The notes under the pieces: model-generated
Database searches by the model: none
The model's input: the letters and a program-made list of their open reading frames with translations, nothing else
Told to the model about the DNA's origin: nothing
NCBI GenBank assembly: GCA_001778455.1
Contig: MFGX01000122.1
Location: 1 to 24,970 of the forward strand
DNA from: Candidatus Fraserbacteria bacterium RBG_16_55_9
GTDB lineage: Bacteria > Bipolaricaulota > Bipolaricaulia > RBG-16-55-9
Direction: 5' to 3'
Length of the DNA stretch: 24,970 nt
Program-made: the position numbers and the translations under genes
Shown: one piece after another, positions 24,684 to 24,970 of the stretch
How the letters are laid out: each line of letters begins with the position of its first letter
Numbering within the stretch: position 1 is the stretch's first letter

Positions 24684-24967
24684 TGCCCATCCAAGAGCGA
24701 GTAGGGAAAGTCATTAGCGACAAGATGCAGAAGACGATCACGGTGCTCGTGGAAAGGCGGGTTCAGCATCCTCGCTATAAGAAATACATCCGCCGGCGGA
24801 AGAAGTTCCATGCGCACGATGAGCGGGAGGAAGCCTCCATAGGGGATATGGTGAGGATTCGGAAGACTCGACCGCTCAGCAAGCTGAAGCGCTGGCAGCT
24901 GGTGGAGATCATTCAACGCACACCCTCCGGACTTGCCGAGGTAAAAGAAGGGGCTGAAGCGTCGTGA
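24683..24967 (+). CDS. rpsQ: 30S ribosomal protein S17
   Basis: [17 protein letters not shown]...[28 protein letters not shown]. The ATG overlaps the rpmC stop (TGATG). Confidence 0.98.
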   Translation: MPIQERVGKVISDKMQKTITVLVERRVQHPRYKKYIRRRKKFHAHDEREEASIGDMVRIRKTRPLSKLKRWQLVEIIQRTPSGLAEVKEGAEAS

Positions 24968-24970
24968 TTC

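Overview
Core chromosomal region of a moderately GC-rich bacterium. The RpoC insert pattern looks Thermotogae-like, so a Bipolaricaulota/Acetothermia-type lineage is a low-confidence inference. The window opens with the 5' part of a UPF0175-like gene on the minus strand. Next is a well-supported replication origin (417-661): about 12 DnaA boxes, DnaA-trios and an AT-rich segment, with no dnaA or dnaN beside it. Downstream, all on the plus strand except rimI, are dciA/DUF721, a GT4 glycosyltransferase, hslVU, a BrnT/BrnA-type toxin-antitoxin pair, thrS, rimI (minus), long hpf, a degenerate ThiI/MnmA-like PP-loop protein and a UvrD/PcrA helicase. These are followed by a stand-alone rpoC with its own promoter and no rpoB, then a fused str-S10 cluster lacking tuf (rpsL rpsG fusA rpsJ rplC rplD rplW rplB rpsS rplV rpsC rplP rpmC rpsQ). 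The most striking unexplained structure is in the origin. Ten DnaA boxes form two opposed arrays with exactly mirror-symmetric spacing about nt 501, although the spacer sequences are not palindromic. No rRNA, tRNA, CRISPR array or transposase was seen.
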